A DNA stretch of 64,000 bases, taken from NCBI GenBank assembly GCA_963798485.1, contig CAWCTR010000014.1, forward strand, positions 352,001-416,000, read 5' to 3'. Positions 1 through 10,113 of the stretch are shown here, piece by piece. The position numbers and the translations under genes were made by a program. The stretch is from an uncultured delta proteobacterium. GTDB lineage: Bacteria; Desulfobacterota; Desulfomonilia; UBA1062. Below the pieces are notes generated by a model. The model was not told where the DNA came from. It searched no databases and worked only from the letters and a program-made list of their open reading frames with translations. Within the stretch, counting starts at the first letter, position 1; every line of letters begins with the position of its first letter.

Positions 1-563
1 TGATCGGTTCAAATCTGAAATACATCTATAGGGAAAGTATTGAGAATGAGTATAGCGTATCTGATATAACCACTCATGATTTCAAAAGCCGTTTTAGGGA
101 TGATCTTCAGAGTGGCAGCGGGGTATTGCTCGATCTGGGTATCATATATAAAATCCAGAGTTCCCAAGAGGGAGGCCCGCAGGAACCACTTCAGGTGGGG
201 ATGAGCGTAAACAACCTCATAGGAAACAAACTCGGTAATGCCGCAGACCTTGACCCGCATGTAGACCTCGGTGTTTCCAAACGGATCGGTGATTTAACCC
301 TTGCAGCCGATTATGTAGATATATTTGGTCAGTTCCCAGGAGACTATGACGTTGCCAAAAGAATCCATCTTGGTCTTGAATATTCCCTTACCAAGATCAT
401 CAGACTGAGAGGCGGGGTAAATCAGGGTTATATGACCTATGGTGTTGGAGTAGAAGAAAAAAATATTCAATTTGATGTACTTTCCTATGCAGAAGAGGTC
501 GGGACCCATTCAGGGCAGCAAGGAGACAGACGTTATATGCTCCGATTAGGGGTTGGATTCTGA
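1..563 (+). CDS. Outer-membrane beta-barrel protein (TraF_2/DUF5723-like), 5' end outside window
   Basis: Frame 3 is open from position 3; amphipathic strands (IHLGLEY, LRGGVNQGY) and C-terminal Phe. Confidence 0.6.
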   Translation, partial: IGSNLKYIYRESIENEYSVSDITTHDFKSRFRDDLQSGSGVLLDLGIIYKIQSSQEGGPQEPLQVGMSVNNLIGNKLGNAADLDPHVDLGVSKRIGDLTLAADYVDIFGQFPGDYDVAKRIHLGLEYSLTKIIRLRGGVNQGYMTYGVGVEEKNIQFDVLSYAEEVGTHSGQQGDRRYMLRLGVGF

Positions 564-1205
564 CAATCCACAAAGTCTTCAAAATCCTCTCACACGAGGT
601 GATCAAATTAAAGGAGCCCATAGTCGGCAGGGTTGCTCGCGGTCATGACCCCTTCAAGGTACTCGTTTCCACCATGCTATCGCTGAGGACTAAGGACATA
701 ACGACCGATCATGCATTTGAAAGGTTGTCAGCCCTTGCTTCAACCCCTGATGCGATATCAGTCCTGCCGCTGAGAAACCATAGAGCACGCTATCTACCCT
801 GTGGGTTTTTATAAAACAAAGGCAAAAAGCATCAAGGAGACTTCAAAGATCATCGTTGAAAAGCATAATGGTAAAGTCCCACAAGACCTTGACGAGCTCC
901 TGAAACTCCCCGGTGTCGGGAGAAAGACGGCAAACCTGGTTATTATCCTCGGCTTCGACAAAATGGGGATCTGTGTAGATACGCATGTCCACAGGATTAC
1001 GAACCGCTGGGGATATCTTTCAACCCGGACACCGGATGAAACGGAGATGAAGCTACGGGAGATCCTTCCCAAAAAATACTGGAAGGAGATTAATAACTAC
1101 CTTGTACCGTATGGGCAGCACATATGCCTCCCTGTGAGCCCTTTGTGTTCACAATGTAAGATTTTTTCATACTGTAAACGTCTTGGCGTTAAGACATCAA
1201 GGTAG
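560..1205 (+). pseudogene. nth: Endonuclease III with a +1 frameshift near 773 (possibly a sequencing error)
   Basis: ORFs 599-814 (DPFKVLVSTMLS) and 801-1205 (LPGVGRKTA HhH, VDTHV, C-x6-C-x2-C-x5-C) join if one A at ~773 is removed. Confidence 0.85.
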
Positions 1206-1336
1206 AGAATATGCATCCGGCAAATAGTGCTTTGGTGGAGGACTTGAACGGATCAGGTTTTTACGCTTCTTAAATGCAGAGTCGGGGTTTATTGACGCAC
1301 CAGGTAAGGTATGTTACTGAATCCTTTATTGTGAAA

Positions 1337-2041
1337 ATGCCGATACGGGTAGCCCTATCCATTCTGTGGAAGTCTTTATTTATCCAGGCTGCCTGGAATT
1401 TCAAAGGTATGCAGAACATCGGGTTTACTCATGCAATTCTTCCGGGGCTTAAACACATCATCCCGGGGAAAATACCTGATGCCGTTAAACGCTACATTCC
1501 CTTCTTCAACACACAACCCTATATGGCCCCTACTGCAATTGGTGTCTTTCTCCACCTTTATGAACAAGGCAATGAAGAGTTGATAGAAAAAATAAGGCCC
1601 TCGTTGACCGGGTCCCTTGCGGCCATCGGCGACACATTTTTCTGGACAACCCTGAAACCGCTCCTGGCACTGTTGCTGCTGATTTCCGCCTTAGCAGACC
1701 AGCTTTGGGGATTATTCATCGCCCTTGTTCTCTTCAATTCAGTTCATCTCTGGACTATGACATGGGGGTTTTTTTTAGGATACCTGAAAGGCCCTCAAGG
1801 CGCACTATCTTTGGGACACATGCTCTCTGTCGACTTTTCTAAAAATATCTCCCTTCTGATCCCCTTTCTATCCGGTGTTATTCTCTGCCTTGTCCCTCAC
1901 CGGATCGGCATCGACCATGGTTTTGTTGCAGGACTCTTCATTTTCGTCACAAGTATAGTCCTCATAAAACTGCGCGTGAACATATTCTGGTTAGTATATG
2001 GAGTATTTACACTATCCATGTTATGGGCTATGCTACGATGA
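1337..2041 (+). CDS. PTS mannose/fructose/sorbose family IID component
   Basis: QAAWNFKGMQ, FFNTQPY, LAAIGDTFFW motifs; start uncertain. Confidence 0.85.
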   Translation: MPIRVALSILWKSLFIQAAWNFKGMQNIGFTHAILPGLKHIIPGKIPDAVKRYIPFFNTQPYMAPTAIGVFLHLYEQGNEELIEKIRPSLTGSLAAIGDTFFWTTLKPLLALLLLISALADQLWGLFIALVLFNSVHLWTMTWGFFLGYLKGPQGALSLGHMLSVDFSKNISLLIPFLSGVILCLVPHRIGIDHGFVAGLFIFVTSIVLIKLRVNIFWLVYGVFTLSMLWAMLR

Positions 2042-2304
2042 AAGAAGCGCATGTCATTATTGTGAATAAGCTTGGTATGCATGCCCGATCAGCCGCATTA
2101 TTCTCCAAGCAGGCATCTAGGTTCACCTCAAAGATTGAGGTGATAAAAGATCAAATGAAGGTGAATGGAAAGAGTATTATGGAGTTGCTCACTATTGCTG
2201 CAGTAAAAGGAGCCAAAATCATCATCCGCACGGATGGCACCGATGAAGAGGACGCTATCAATTCGCTTGTATCCTTGGTGAAAGACGGGTTCGGGGAGCG
2301 GTAA
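2038..2304 (+). CDS. ptsH: Phosphocarrier protein HPr
   Basis: GMHARSAA (His15) and NGKSIM (Ser46). Confidence 0.95.
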   Translation: MKEAHVIIVNKLGMHARSAALFSKQASRFTSKIEVIKDQMKVNGKSIMELLTIAAVKGAKIIIRTDGTDEEDAINSLVSLVKDGFGER

Positions 2305-4073
2305 TGTCCCAGCAACAGGTCCATATCCTTCACGGTGTTCCAGCCTCAGCCGGCATTGCCATCGGGCAGGCAGTCATTATTGATACAAAAAAAATAGAAC
2401 GGTATCCCAAACTGCGCGTCTCGGAAGACCGTGTCGAAGACGAGCTCAAGCGTTTCGATGATGCCATGGTCCTCTCTCAAAAACAGATCGGCGAGGCCAT
2501 TCGCACCCTTGAGTCACATAATGTAATTAAGGAGCATTCTCTTATCCTCGAAACCCATCTCCTTATGATGAAAGATCCGGCCCTCATAGACCGGGTGAAA
2601 CAGCTCATAACGGAAGACTACATCAATGCCGAATGGGCCTTGAAAATTGCGATTCAAGAGATCGAGCAGGCCTTTGAAGCCATTGATGACGAGTACATCA
2701 AAAGCAGGGTAACGGATACGACCTTTGTCAGTGAACGTTTGCTGCGCAACCTCATAGGCAAGCAAACAAGCGGATTTCACCTGTTTGACAACAGCATCAT
2801 AGTGGCACACGACCTTTCGCCTGCAGATACGGCCATGCTCAATAAGAACAAGGTGCTGGGTTTTGCAACCGATGTCGGTGGCCTTACCTCTCACACGGCC
2901 ATCATCGCCCACTCACTTGAGATACCTGCAGTTGTAGGTCTCGAGAATGTATCTTCTCGTATCAATCCCGGCGATAATCTTATACTCGACGGTATCTCGG
3001 GGGTTGTCATTGTCAACCCTTCCGAATCACAAATACACGAATATCAGAACAGGGCCAGGTCCTACCTGAGCCTTGAGCTCAAACTCAAGGAAAAAGCCAA
3101 GGAACCCGCCATCACCAAGGATGGTAAGTATATAAAAGTCAAAGGCAACCTTGAGTTCAAGGAAGAGGTAAAGACAGTCCTTGATCACGGCGCCGAGGGA
3201 ATCGGACTCTACCGGACGGAATTCTTATATCTCATCCGCAAGGAGATCCCCACGGAGGAGGACCATTTTGAGGCATATAAGACGGTTGTGGAAACGGTCT
3301 CCCCCTTCAACACCATCATCCGCACCTTAGATCTTGGCGGAGATAAATTCTATGCCGGCTTGAGCAGGACGATCAGCGAGAGAAACCCTGTCATGGGGTT
3401 GCGTGCCATCAGGCTATGCCTCAAGGAGGTAGACATCTTTAAGACACAACTGAGAGGCATTCTCCGGGCCAGTCACTACGGCAATACCTCCATCATGTTT
3501 CCCATGATCTCGGGTATGGAGGAACTCGCCAAGGCCAAGGATATTCTTGAAGAGACAAAACTGACGCTCAAAAAAGACGGCATACCCTTTGACGAAAATA
3601 TCCGGGTAGGTATTATGATCGAAGTCCCCTCCGCAGCGGTCATTGCGGATACCCTTGCAAAGGAGGTGGACTTCTTCAGCCTCGGCACCAATGATCTCAT
3701 CCAGTACTCTATCGCTATTGACAGAGGCAACGAATATGTAAACTACCTCTATGAACCCCTGCATCCAGGTGTCCTGCGACTTATCCAATTCACGGTTGAT
3801 GCGGCGCATAACGACGGTATCCCGGTATCCATGTGCGGTGAGATGGCAGGCCGCGAGATCTATACCCCAATCCTCTTAGGGATGGGGATTGATTCCCTGT
3901 CAACAAATGCCTTTGCGATTTCTCACGTAAAAGAGATGGCCAGAAAACTCAGCATTGAAAAGTGCAAGGGCATTGTGAGCCATATTTTTGAGATGAAAAC
4001 CGCTGCAGAGATTTATGAATTCATGAGTAAAGAGATCATGGAAAATGCCCACGATATATTTGAGCTTGCCTGA
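2304..4073 (+). CDS. ptsI: PEP-protein phosphotransferase (PTS enzyme I)
   Basis: GGLTSHTAI phospho-His, GLYRTEFLY, GTNDLIQY. Confidence 0.95.
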   Translation: MSQQQVHILHGVPASAGIAIGQAVIIDTKKIERYPKLRVSEDRVEDELKRFDDAMVLSQKQIGEAIRTLESHNVIKEHSLILETHLLMMKDPALIDRVKQLITEDYINAEWALKIAIQEIEQAFEAIDDEYIKSRVTDTTFVSERLLRNLIGKQTSGFHLFDNSIIVAHDLSPADTAMLNKNKVLGFATDVGGLTSHTAIIAHSLEIPAVVGLENVSSRINPGDNLILDGISGVVIVNPSESQIHEYQNRARSYLSLELKLKEKAKEPAITKDGKYIKVKGNLEFKEEVKTVLDHGAEGIGLYRTEFLYLIRKEIPTEEDHFEAYKTVVETVSPFNTIIRTLDLGGDKFYAGLSRTISERNPVMGLRAIRLCLKEVDIFKTQLRGILRASHYGNTSIMFPMISGMEELAKAKDILEETKLTLKKDGIPFDENIRVGIMIEVPSAAVIADTLAKEVDFFSLGTNDLIQYSIAIDRGNEYVNYLYEPLHPGVLRLIQFTVDAAHNDGIPVSMCGEMAGREIYTPILLGMGIDSLSTNAFAISHVKEMARKLSIEKCKGIVSHIFEMKTAAEIYEFMSKEIMENAHDIFELA

Positions 4074-4110
4074 AATCCCTTTGACGAGACTAAAAATGGG
4101 GCATTAATCC

Positions 4111-4575
4111 ATGAAAGACCCTGAAGCCCAAAAAAACCTTTGCCTTAATAAGGCAGCCAGACACTCTTATGAGATACTTGAGACAATCGAGGTAGGCATC
4201 GTGCTCAGCGGCCCCGAGGTAAAATCACTCAGGAACGGCGGGGGAAACATAAAGGACAGTTATGCTCAGGTTAAGAACGCTGAGGTCTTTCTGAATAATT
4301 TCCATATAAGCCCGTATGCCCAGGCATCGAATATTCATTATGATCCCACGTGGCCGAGAAAGCTTCTTTTACACAGACGGGAGATCTTAAGGCTGAGCGG
4401 AAAGGTTAAAGAAAAAGGGCTCACCCTGGTTCCGTTAAGGCTCTATCTCAAAGGCAACCGCATTAAGGTGGAGTTGGGTCTTGCCAAGGGCCGGCGCGCC
4501 CAAAGCAAGAAGGATGTCATAAAGGAAAGGGATATCCAGCGGGAGACGGCAAGAGAGGTGAAATCATGGAGATAA
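4111..4575 (+). CDS. smpB: SsrA-binding protein
   Basis: GIVLSGPEVKSLR, RKLLLHRREI, GLTLVPL. Confidence 0.95.
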   Translation: MKDPEAQKNLCLNKAARHSYEILETIEVGIVLSGPEVKSLRNGGGNIKDSYAQVKNAEVFLNNFHISPYAQASNIHYDPTWPRKLLLHRREILRLSGKVKEKGLTLVPLRLYLKGNRIKVELGLAKGRRAQSKKDVIKERDIQRETAREVKSWR

Positions 4576-5960
4576 AGATCAGTGATATTGATTGTGAGCG
4601 GTTACTCAAACGATCTCTCGCCAAAGGCGGAGACTTTGCAGAACTCTATGTTGAACAGAAAAAAGGCACATCCATCATCTGTGAGGCACGCAAGATCGAG
4701 AAGTTCCTTATCACCGACGAGTCCGGGATAGCCCTGAGGGTTGTCATGGGTGAGAGGTCTGCGTATGCCTACACAAATGATCCATCTTCGCTTGATGAGC
4801 TTGCCGATACTGTGGCATCGGCTGTGAAGTCAGGAAGCTTCTCCGGTGCCGTCGTACTCACGAAAAGACCTTCAACCTCGAGCGTCATCATGGATATTGA
4901 TCCTGTAAAGGTGGATCCCAAGGAAAAGATAGCACTTGTTCAAAAGGCGGAAGAAGCCGCCTGGGGAATGGACAGCTCCGTGGTGCAGGTCAAGGTAATG
5001 TATGGCGATGGATCACGGAGTGTCTTCATTGCAAACTCAAATGGATTCATTGCAGAAGACTCTCGCGACACCATTATTTTTGTTGTCCAGGGGATCGTGG
5101 CCAGGGATTCGCTCATGGAGACCGGCTATGAGCCCATCGGAGGAACGCGTGGATTCGAGTTGTTCAAAGAGATCCCCCCTGAAGAGATTGCCAAAAGGGC
5201 CATTTGCAGGGCATTAAACACCATAAAAGCAAGACGTGCACCGGCCGGTACCATGCCCGTAGTAGTCTCCAGCGATGCCGGGGGCACAATGGTGCACGAG
5301 GCCATCGGCCACGGTTTGGAGGCCGATCTTGCCGGCGAAGGACTGTCGGTCTATTCCGGCAAGATAGGTATGCAAGTTGCGTCATCCGCCATCACGGTCA
5401 TCGATGACGGTACTATCAAAGGACTGAGAGGCAGTATGGGCTGTGATGATGAAGGAAATCCCACCAAACGGACGGTCCTGGTGGGAAACGGCATCCTTAA
5501 GGGGTTCATGACCGACCTTATCACTGCCCAGAAACTCGGCCTGCCCCTCACTGGTAATGCAAGACGTGAATCCTACCGCCATAGACCCATCCCGCGCATG
5601 ACCAACACGATAATCCAGCCGGGAACTTTAAACCCTGAGGAGATCATCAAGAAGGTCCAAACCGGCATATTCGTGAAAAAGATGGGCGGCGGACAGGTAA
5701 ACACCGTGACAGGCGACTTCGTCTTTAATGTCTCCGAGGGTTACCTCATAGAAAAAGGTTCTGTGGGCGAACCCATCCGGGGGGCGACACTCATAGGGAA
5801 CGGCCCCAAGATACTGAATTCGATTGAACTGGTAGGGAACGATCTTGGTTTTGGAATCGGCACGTGCGGAAAAGACGGACAAGGAGTGCCTATCGCCGAT
5901 GCACAACCTACCCTGCTGATTCCTGAGATAACCGTTGGAGGTGAAATCCGCAATGAATAG
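4566..5960 (+). CDS. tldD: TldD metalloprotease
   Basis: HEAIGHGLEAD, PRMTNT, CGKDGQ. Confidence 0.93.
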   Translation: MEIKISDIDCERLLKRSLAKGGDFAELYVEQKKGTSIICEARKIEKFLITDESGIALRVVMGERSAYAYTNDPSSLDELADTVASAVKSGSFSGAVVLTKRPSTSSVIMDIDPVKVDPKEKIALVQKAEEAAWGMDSSVVQVKVMYGDGSRSVFIANSNGFIAEDSRDTIIFVVQGIVARDSLMETGYEPIGGTRGFELFKEIPPEEIAKRAICRALNTIKARRAPAGTMPVVVSSDAGGTMVHEAIGHGLEADLAGEGLSVYSGKIGMQVASSAITVIDDGTIKGLRGSMGCDDEGNPTKRTVLVGNGILKGFMTDLITAQKLGLPLTGNARRESYRHRPIPRMTNTIIQPGTLNPEEIIKKVQTGIFVKKMGGGQVNTVTGDFVFNVSEGYLIEKGSVGEPIRGATLIGNGPKILNSIELVGNDLGFGIGTCGKDGQGVPIADAQPTLLIPEITVGGEIRNE

Positions 5961-6834
5961 GACAAATACACTGCAAATTGTAGCAGCCCTTTGGGGCTTA
6001 TTCGTTCTCCAAGGGTGCGCGTTTGTCTCGTTGGATCTTGGAAGCCTTATGCAGACTCAACCCTTTGAAGAACGGGTCCTGAAAGAAGGCTCAAAAGACA
6101 AGATCCTCGTAATAGAGGTGCTCGGCATCATCACCACAACAAGTGTGAGAGACAGCTTCTTCCCCAGCCAGGGGACACTTGAGAGGATCGACGGGGTCCT
6201 TGAGATGGCAGGTGAGGACAAGGCTATCAAGGGCATCCTTCTAAAGATCGATTCGCCCGGAGGGGGTGTGACGGCTTCGGATCTGGTGTTCAGAGAGATA
6301 AAGGACTTCAAGGAGGCCCATAAGATTCCTGTTGTAGCCTGTATAACAGGCCAGGGCACCTCAGGTGCTTATATGGTGGCTTTATCGGCTGATCGTATCG
6401 TCGCATTGCCCTCTTCTGTGGTGGGTAATATAGGCGTGTTGATGCCTTCTGTCAGTCTGGGAGGCCTTATGGACAAGCTTGGCATTAAGAACCAGACGCT
6501 GACCTCGGGAAAGCTCAAGGACTCGGGCACCATACTGCGGGATATGAACAAAGAGGATAAAGCCATCCTGGAGGGGATAGTAACGGAATTCAGCCGGGAT
6601 TTTATTGCTAAGGTGAAGGCCGTAAGGCCGGTGAAACCTGAAGATCTTTCTGTAATAGAAGATGGCCGGGTCATGAGTGCCTCAACAGGCATGAAATTAA
6701 AACTCATCGACCAGGTCGGATACTACGAAGATGCCATGAAAACCATGGAATCCCTCTCAAAAACAAAGGAACCAACCGTGGTCGTATACCGGAGAAAAGG
6801 AGAGAATAAGGGCGGGTTCTATTCATGGCCGTAA
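5953..6834 (+). CDS. sppA: Signal peptide peptidase SppA (S49), lipoprotein
   Basis: IDSPGGG, SGAY, GNIGV motifs; LQGC lipobox. Confidence 0.9.
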   Translation: MNRTNTLQIVAALWGLFVLQGCAFVSLDLGSLMQTQPFEERVLKEGSKDKILVIEVLGIITTTSVRDSFFPSQGTLERIDGVLEMAGEDKAIKGILLKIDSPGGGVTASDLVFREIKDFKEAHKIPVVACITGQGTSGAYMVALSADRIVALPSSVVGNIGVLMPSVSLGGLMDKLGIKNQTLTSGKLKDSGTILRDMNKEDKAILEGIVTEFSRDFIAKVKAVRPVKPEDLSVIEDGRVMSASTGMKLKLIDQVGYYEDAMKTMESLSKTKEPTVVVYRRKGENKGGFYSWP

Positions 6835-6872
6835 AACTCAATTGCATTCTCCATTAGGGAGTCAGGGAATAC

Positions 6873-8177
6873 ATGACCATTATACCAAGCGGCGGCATAG
6901 AGATAAGCAGATCAGGCCAGATGAAGGCATATCTCGGGTCTTGTGTCGGTGTGGCAATCCTTGATTCAAAGCGCCATATCGGCGGCATGATCCATATCCT
7001 GCTGCCTGAACCGCTTGGCGATATCCCTGAAAACCAGCTCACTTATTATGCAAGCACAGGTGTCCCTCTTTTCCTTGATTCACTGGACAAGGCTGGAGCC
7101 GTAAAAAAGAACCTTTCTGCCTTTATCTCCGGTGGCGCGCTCATTGATCCCAGCTCTCACCAGGAGCTCGCCCTTAACATCGGCGGACGAACCCTGGAGA
7201 TAACGCTCAAGATTCTCAAAGAAAACGGCATCCCCATTAAATTGCTCGAGGCAAGCGGAACAATAGGGTTTTGTATCATGCTTGACGTGGACAAGGCTGT
7301 CTGCTCCATAGAACCTATCCTCCAGGATACTCGCAAAAAAGGCCCCCAACCGAGCACTATGCCGGCACTTGCTGAAATAGGCAGAACCATCGAAGACCTC
7401 CAGCCGATACCCCAGATCGCACTGGGCATTGCAAGCATGATCTCGGACGAAATGACCGACATCGCCACGATCGCCTCTGAGATTCGTAAAGACCAGGTGA
7501 TGGCAGCAGAAGTACTTAAGCTGTGCAACTCCTCTTATATGGGGATGCAAAGGAAGATCGAGACCATCGATGAGGCTATAACAATTCTCGGCAGCAAGAC
7601 CCTGCTCCGGTTGATCATCACGGCCCAGGCGGATAAGCTCTTAAGTTGCTCAGAAAAGGGTTACTCATTGATGCGTGGAGGTCTGTTCTACCATGCCTTG
7701 GCAACCGCACTGCTCAGCGAGAAGCTCTCGCGGGTCCACGGCAAGATAAGGCCTGATCTTGCATACACGGCAGGATTGCTCCATGATATTGGGAAGGTCG
7801 TGCTTGATCAGTACATGGCTAAGGTTCAGCCGCTCTTCTATCGAATTCTGGGCGCCCACAGAGAAGACTCAAGCATACTTGAGCAGAAGATATTCGGTAT
7901 AGACCACAATCTTGCAGGTCTCCACCTTGCTGAAAGTTGGAAGCTGCCGGAAGTAATCAAGGATGTGATCTTGTTCCATCACAAGCCGGACAAGGCAACA
8001 AATAACAGTGATCTGGTCCACCTCGTCTACATTGCCGACGCAATAGCACAAAAGTTTTTCCCGGGATTTGAGATTGAACACCTAGACACCACTCCCTTCC
8101 AAAACAGTCTGAACCTTCTCTCAATTACACCTGATATGATCGAAGAGTCACTCGGTGTGCTGGCGGATATCTTTTAG
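6873..8177 (+). CDS. CheD-like deamidase fused to an HDOD domain
   Basis: N-terminal LGSCV and GGMIHILLP; C-terminal LKLCNSS and AGLLHDIGK. Confidence 0.85.
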   Translation: MTIIPSGGIEISRSGQMKAYLGSCVGVAILDSKRHIGGMIHILLPEPLGDIPENQLTYYASTGVPLFLDSLDKAGAVKKNLSAFISGGALIDPSSHQELALNIGGRTLEITLKILKENGIPIKLLEASGTIGFCIMLDVDKAVCSIEPILQDTRKKGPQPSTMPALAEIGRTIEDLQPIPQIALGIASMISDEMTDIATIASEIRKDQVMAAEVLKLCNSSYMGMQRKIETIDEAITILGSKTLLRLIITAQADKLLSCSEKGYSLMRGGLFYHALATALLSEKLSRVHGKIRPDLAYTAGLLHDIGKVVLDQYMAKVQPLFYRILGAHREDSSILEQKIFGIDHNLAGLHLAESWKLPEVIKDVILFHHKPDKATNNSDLVHLVYIADAIAQKFFPGFEIEHLDTTPFQNSLNLLSITPDMIEESLGVLADIF

Positions 8178-8199
8178 CAGCAAGTAATAAAGATGAGTT

Positions 8200-8460
8200 T
8201 TATGACCTGGTCTTTGCCTTCTGAACCAACTCCAGAAGCTGCATGACCTTCGGTTTGACAGGGGCGGTGATGGATTCCATCTCTTCAGGTGAGAGGATTT
8301 CGTTCAGAAAGGCTGCAATATCTATACGCTCATGCCAGCAATCAAGGATCTTACGGCATGGAAGATCCGATCCGGGCGCCATGCAATAGGTGAAAGAGAC
8401 CAGGTGCCCCAGCATGGCACAACGGATAGTCAACTCGTCATATATGGATCGGCTCACCAT
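8200..8460 (-). CDS. Small Cys-rich conserved hypothetical protein; integration target, N-terminus supplied by the element
   Basis: RCAMLGH...YC...PCRKILDCW; contains the attL repeat at 8395-8421. Confidence 0.75.
   Translation of the reverse strand: MVSRSIYDELTIRCAMLGHLVSFTYCMAPGSDLPCRKILDCWHERIDIAAFLNEILSPEEMESITAPVKPKVMQLLELVQKAKTRS
8395..8421. repeat. attL core AGAGACCAGGTGCCCCAGCATGGCACA
   Basis: Identical to 20206-20232; GTGCC-7 bp-GGCAC dyad. Confidence 0.92.
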
Positions 8461-8541
8461 CGTAGTTTCCAGGAGTTACAAAATATCACTGTGTAAAGCA
8501 TGGGGTATTTTTGCACTCAAAAGACAATTTTGCAAGGAAAT

Positions 8542-8562
8542 TTACCCCACGGTGTTACCCCA
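8542..8562 (+). repeat. Putative arm-type integrase sites (TTACCCCA x2)
   Basis: Same pair with the same 13-bp period at 20160-20180. Confidence 0.65.
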
Positions 8563-8793
8563 AAATAATCTAAAGAAATCCTATGGCAGTATAGGATTCG
8601 AATTATCGCTTGCTAGCATCAGGCCTCATTTTCAGGGCTGTCCGTGAATGATCCGTGAATATGAGGGATATGAACGAGATCTAAAGGTTTCAAAAGAAGA
8701 TCAACGGTCGATCATCTCAAGATGAAAGTGTTGATTAATCGCAGAGATCAATGGTTTTGCCGAAACTTACCCACTGCCCATTTTTAATGATCT

Positions 8794-10023
8794 TTGACAT
8801 CAGAGTATATTTCTTTTAATACTATAGTAATTACCATTTTGAAACAGCAGCATGGCATGGAATTGCCCCACCACTCTGGAAAATTAATTGAAAAGAGGCA
8901 TCCTATGGGCCGAAAGAAAATAAAGAGCGTGACGAGAAGGGAGTTCATCGTCAAAAAAGAGGATGCTATAAGAATCCCACTGAATGGGACAAGAGACTAT
9001 AATCTGGATTTACTAAAAGCTCTCTGTATAAGTCTTGTTCTTCTCTGGCATATTCAGCCCATCAGAATTTATACGTCTAGCAAGTCTTTTATAAGTATAT
9101 TATTTCAATTTATATTAAATACCTTTAACTCGCAAATAACACTAACAGCTGTGCCTCTATTTTATATTGTATCAATATATTTATTTTTTACAAATGGTAA
9201 GAAGGGAATGCACTATTTTAAATATAGATTGTTAAGAGTATCCACCATTTTCATATTTTGGACTGTTATTCAGTATATTATTTACTTTGTCACGACAAAG
9301 CATTTTTTGGGATATATTCCAGATATAAGCTGGGTTAACTGGGTTCGAAGCCTTTTGTTAGGTGGTCCTGATTTGATTTTTGTTGGCGGTTCCGTTTTTT
9401 ACTTCCTTTTAAATATGGTTTGGTTGACATGTTTTGCATTCTTCTATGGATGGAAAGGTGAGGTGAGGATTTGGATTACTATCAGTTATATGATGATTGT
9501 TTTTTTCATCATATACTTTGAAATAATGAATATTAGTGGATTCATTATCCCATACTGGAGAATTGATAATTTTATTATTTATGTACCCATCGTCTATTTA
9601 TTATTTCATAAACCAACCTTGATCCAGTTTAAGTATATATTTTTAATATTGTTTATCATTAGTAGTATTCAAGATATATTTATAACTAAATTAAATTTAA
9701 CTAACTTTATGTATGCTCGAATACCAATAGTATTTGGAGCAATATCAATTTATAGTTTCATACGTAAGAATAAATTCAGTAAAAATAAATTCGTGATGTT
9801 CTTATCAAAATATTCACTTGGTATTTTTGCAACTCACAAGTTTTGTTGGCTATATGTTGGCATCATGTTCTCGGGCATCTTCAATATTAATCCTTTCGAT
9901 TTAAAAAACTCGGGTTTTCTGTTAGGCCAATTCTGGCTAATAACAGGTTTTGTTACGATTATGCTTACTATGCTATCTACATATCTTCTGGGGATGACAC
10001 CCTTGAGAAGGTTCATATCATGA
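8794..10023 (+). CDS. Acyltransferase-3 (OafA-like) membrane protein
   Basis: RDYNLDLLKALCISLVLLWH, AVPLFY, SKYSLGIFATH; multiple TM helices; true start probably downstream. Confidence 0.8.
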   Translation: MTSEYISFNTIVITILKQQHGMELPHHSGKLIEKRHPMGRKKIKSVTRREFIVKKEDAIRIPLNGTRDYNLDLLKALCISLVLLWHIQPIRIYTSSKSFISILFQFILNTFNSQITLTAVPLFYIVSIYLFFTNGKKGMHYFKYRLLRVSTIFIFWTVIQYIIYFVTTKHFLGYIPDISWVNWVRSLLLGGPDLIFVGGSVFYFLLNMVWLTCFAFFYGWKGEVRIWITISYMMIVFFIIYFEIMNISGFIIPYWRIDNFIIYVPIVYLLFHKPTLIQFKYIFLILFIISSIQDIFITKLNLTNFMYARIPIVFGAISIYSFIRKNKFSKNKFVMFLSKYSLGIFATHKFCWLYVGIMFSGIFNINPFDLKNSGFLLGQFWLITGFVTIMLTMLSTYLLGMTPLRRFIS

Positions 10024-10113
10024 TAATATAATGAAGATTGTATCGAAGTATATCTTGGTTAACTGGGATTGTGTATGAATTATATGTAAGAATAGATAAT
10101 ATACTTATAGGAG

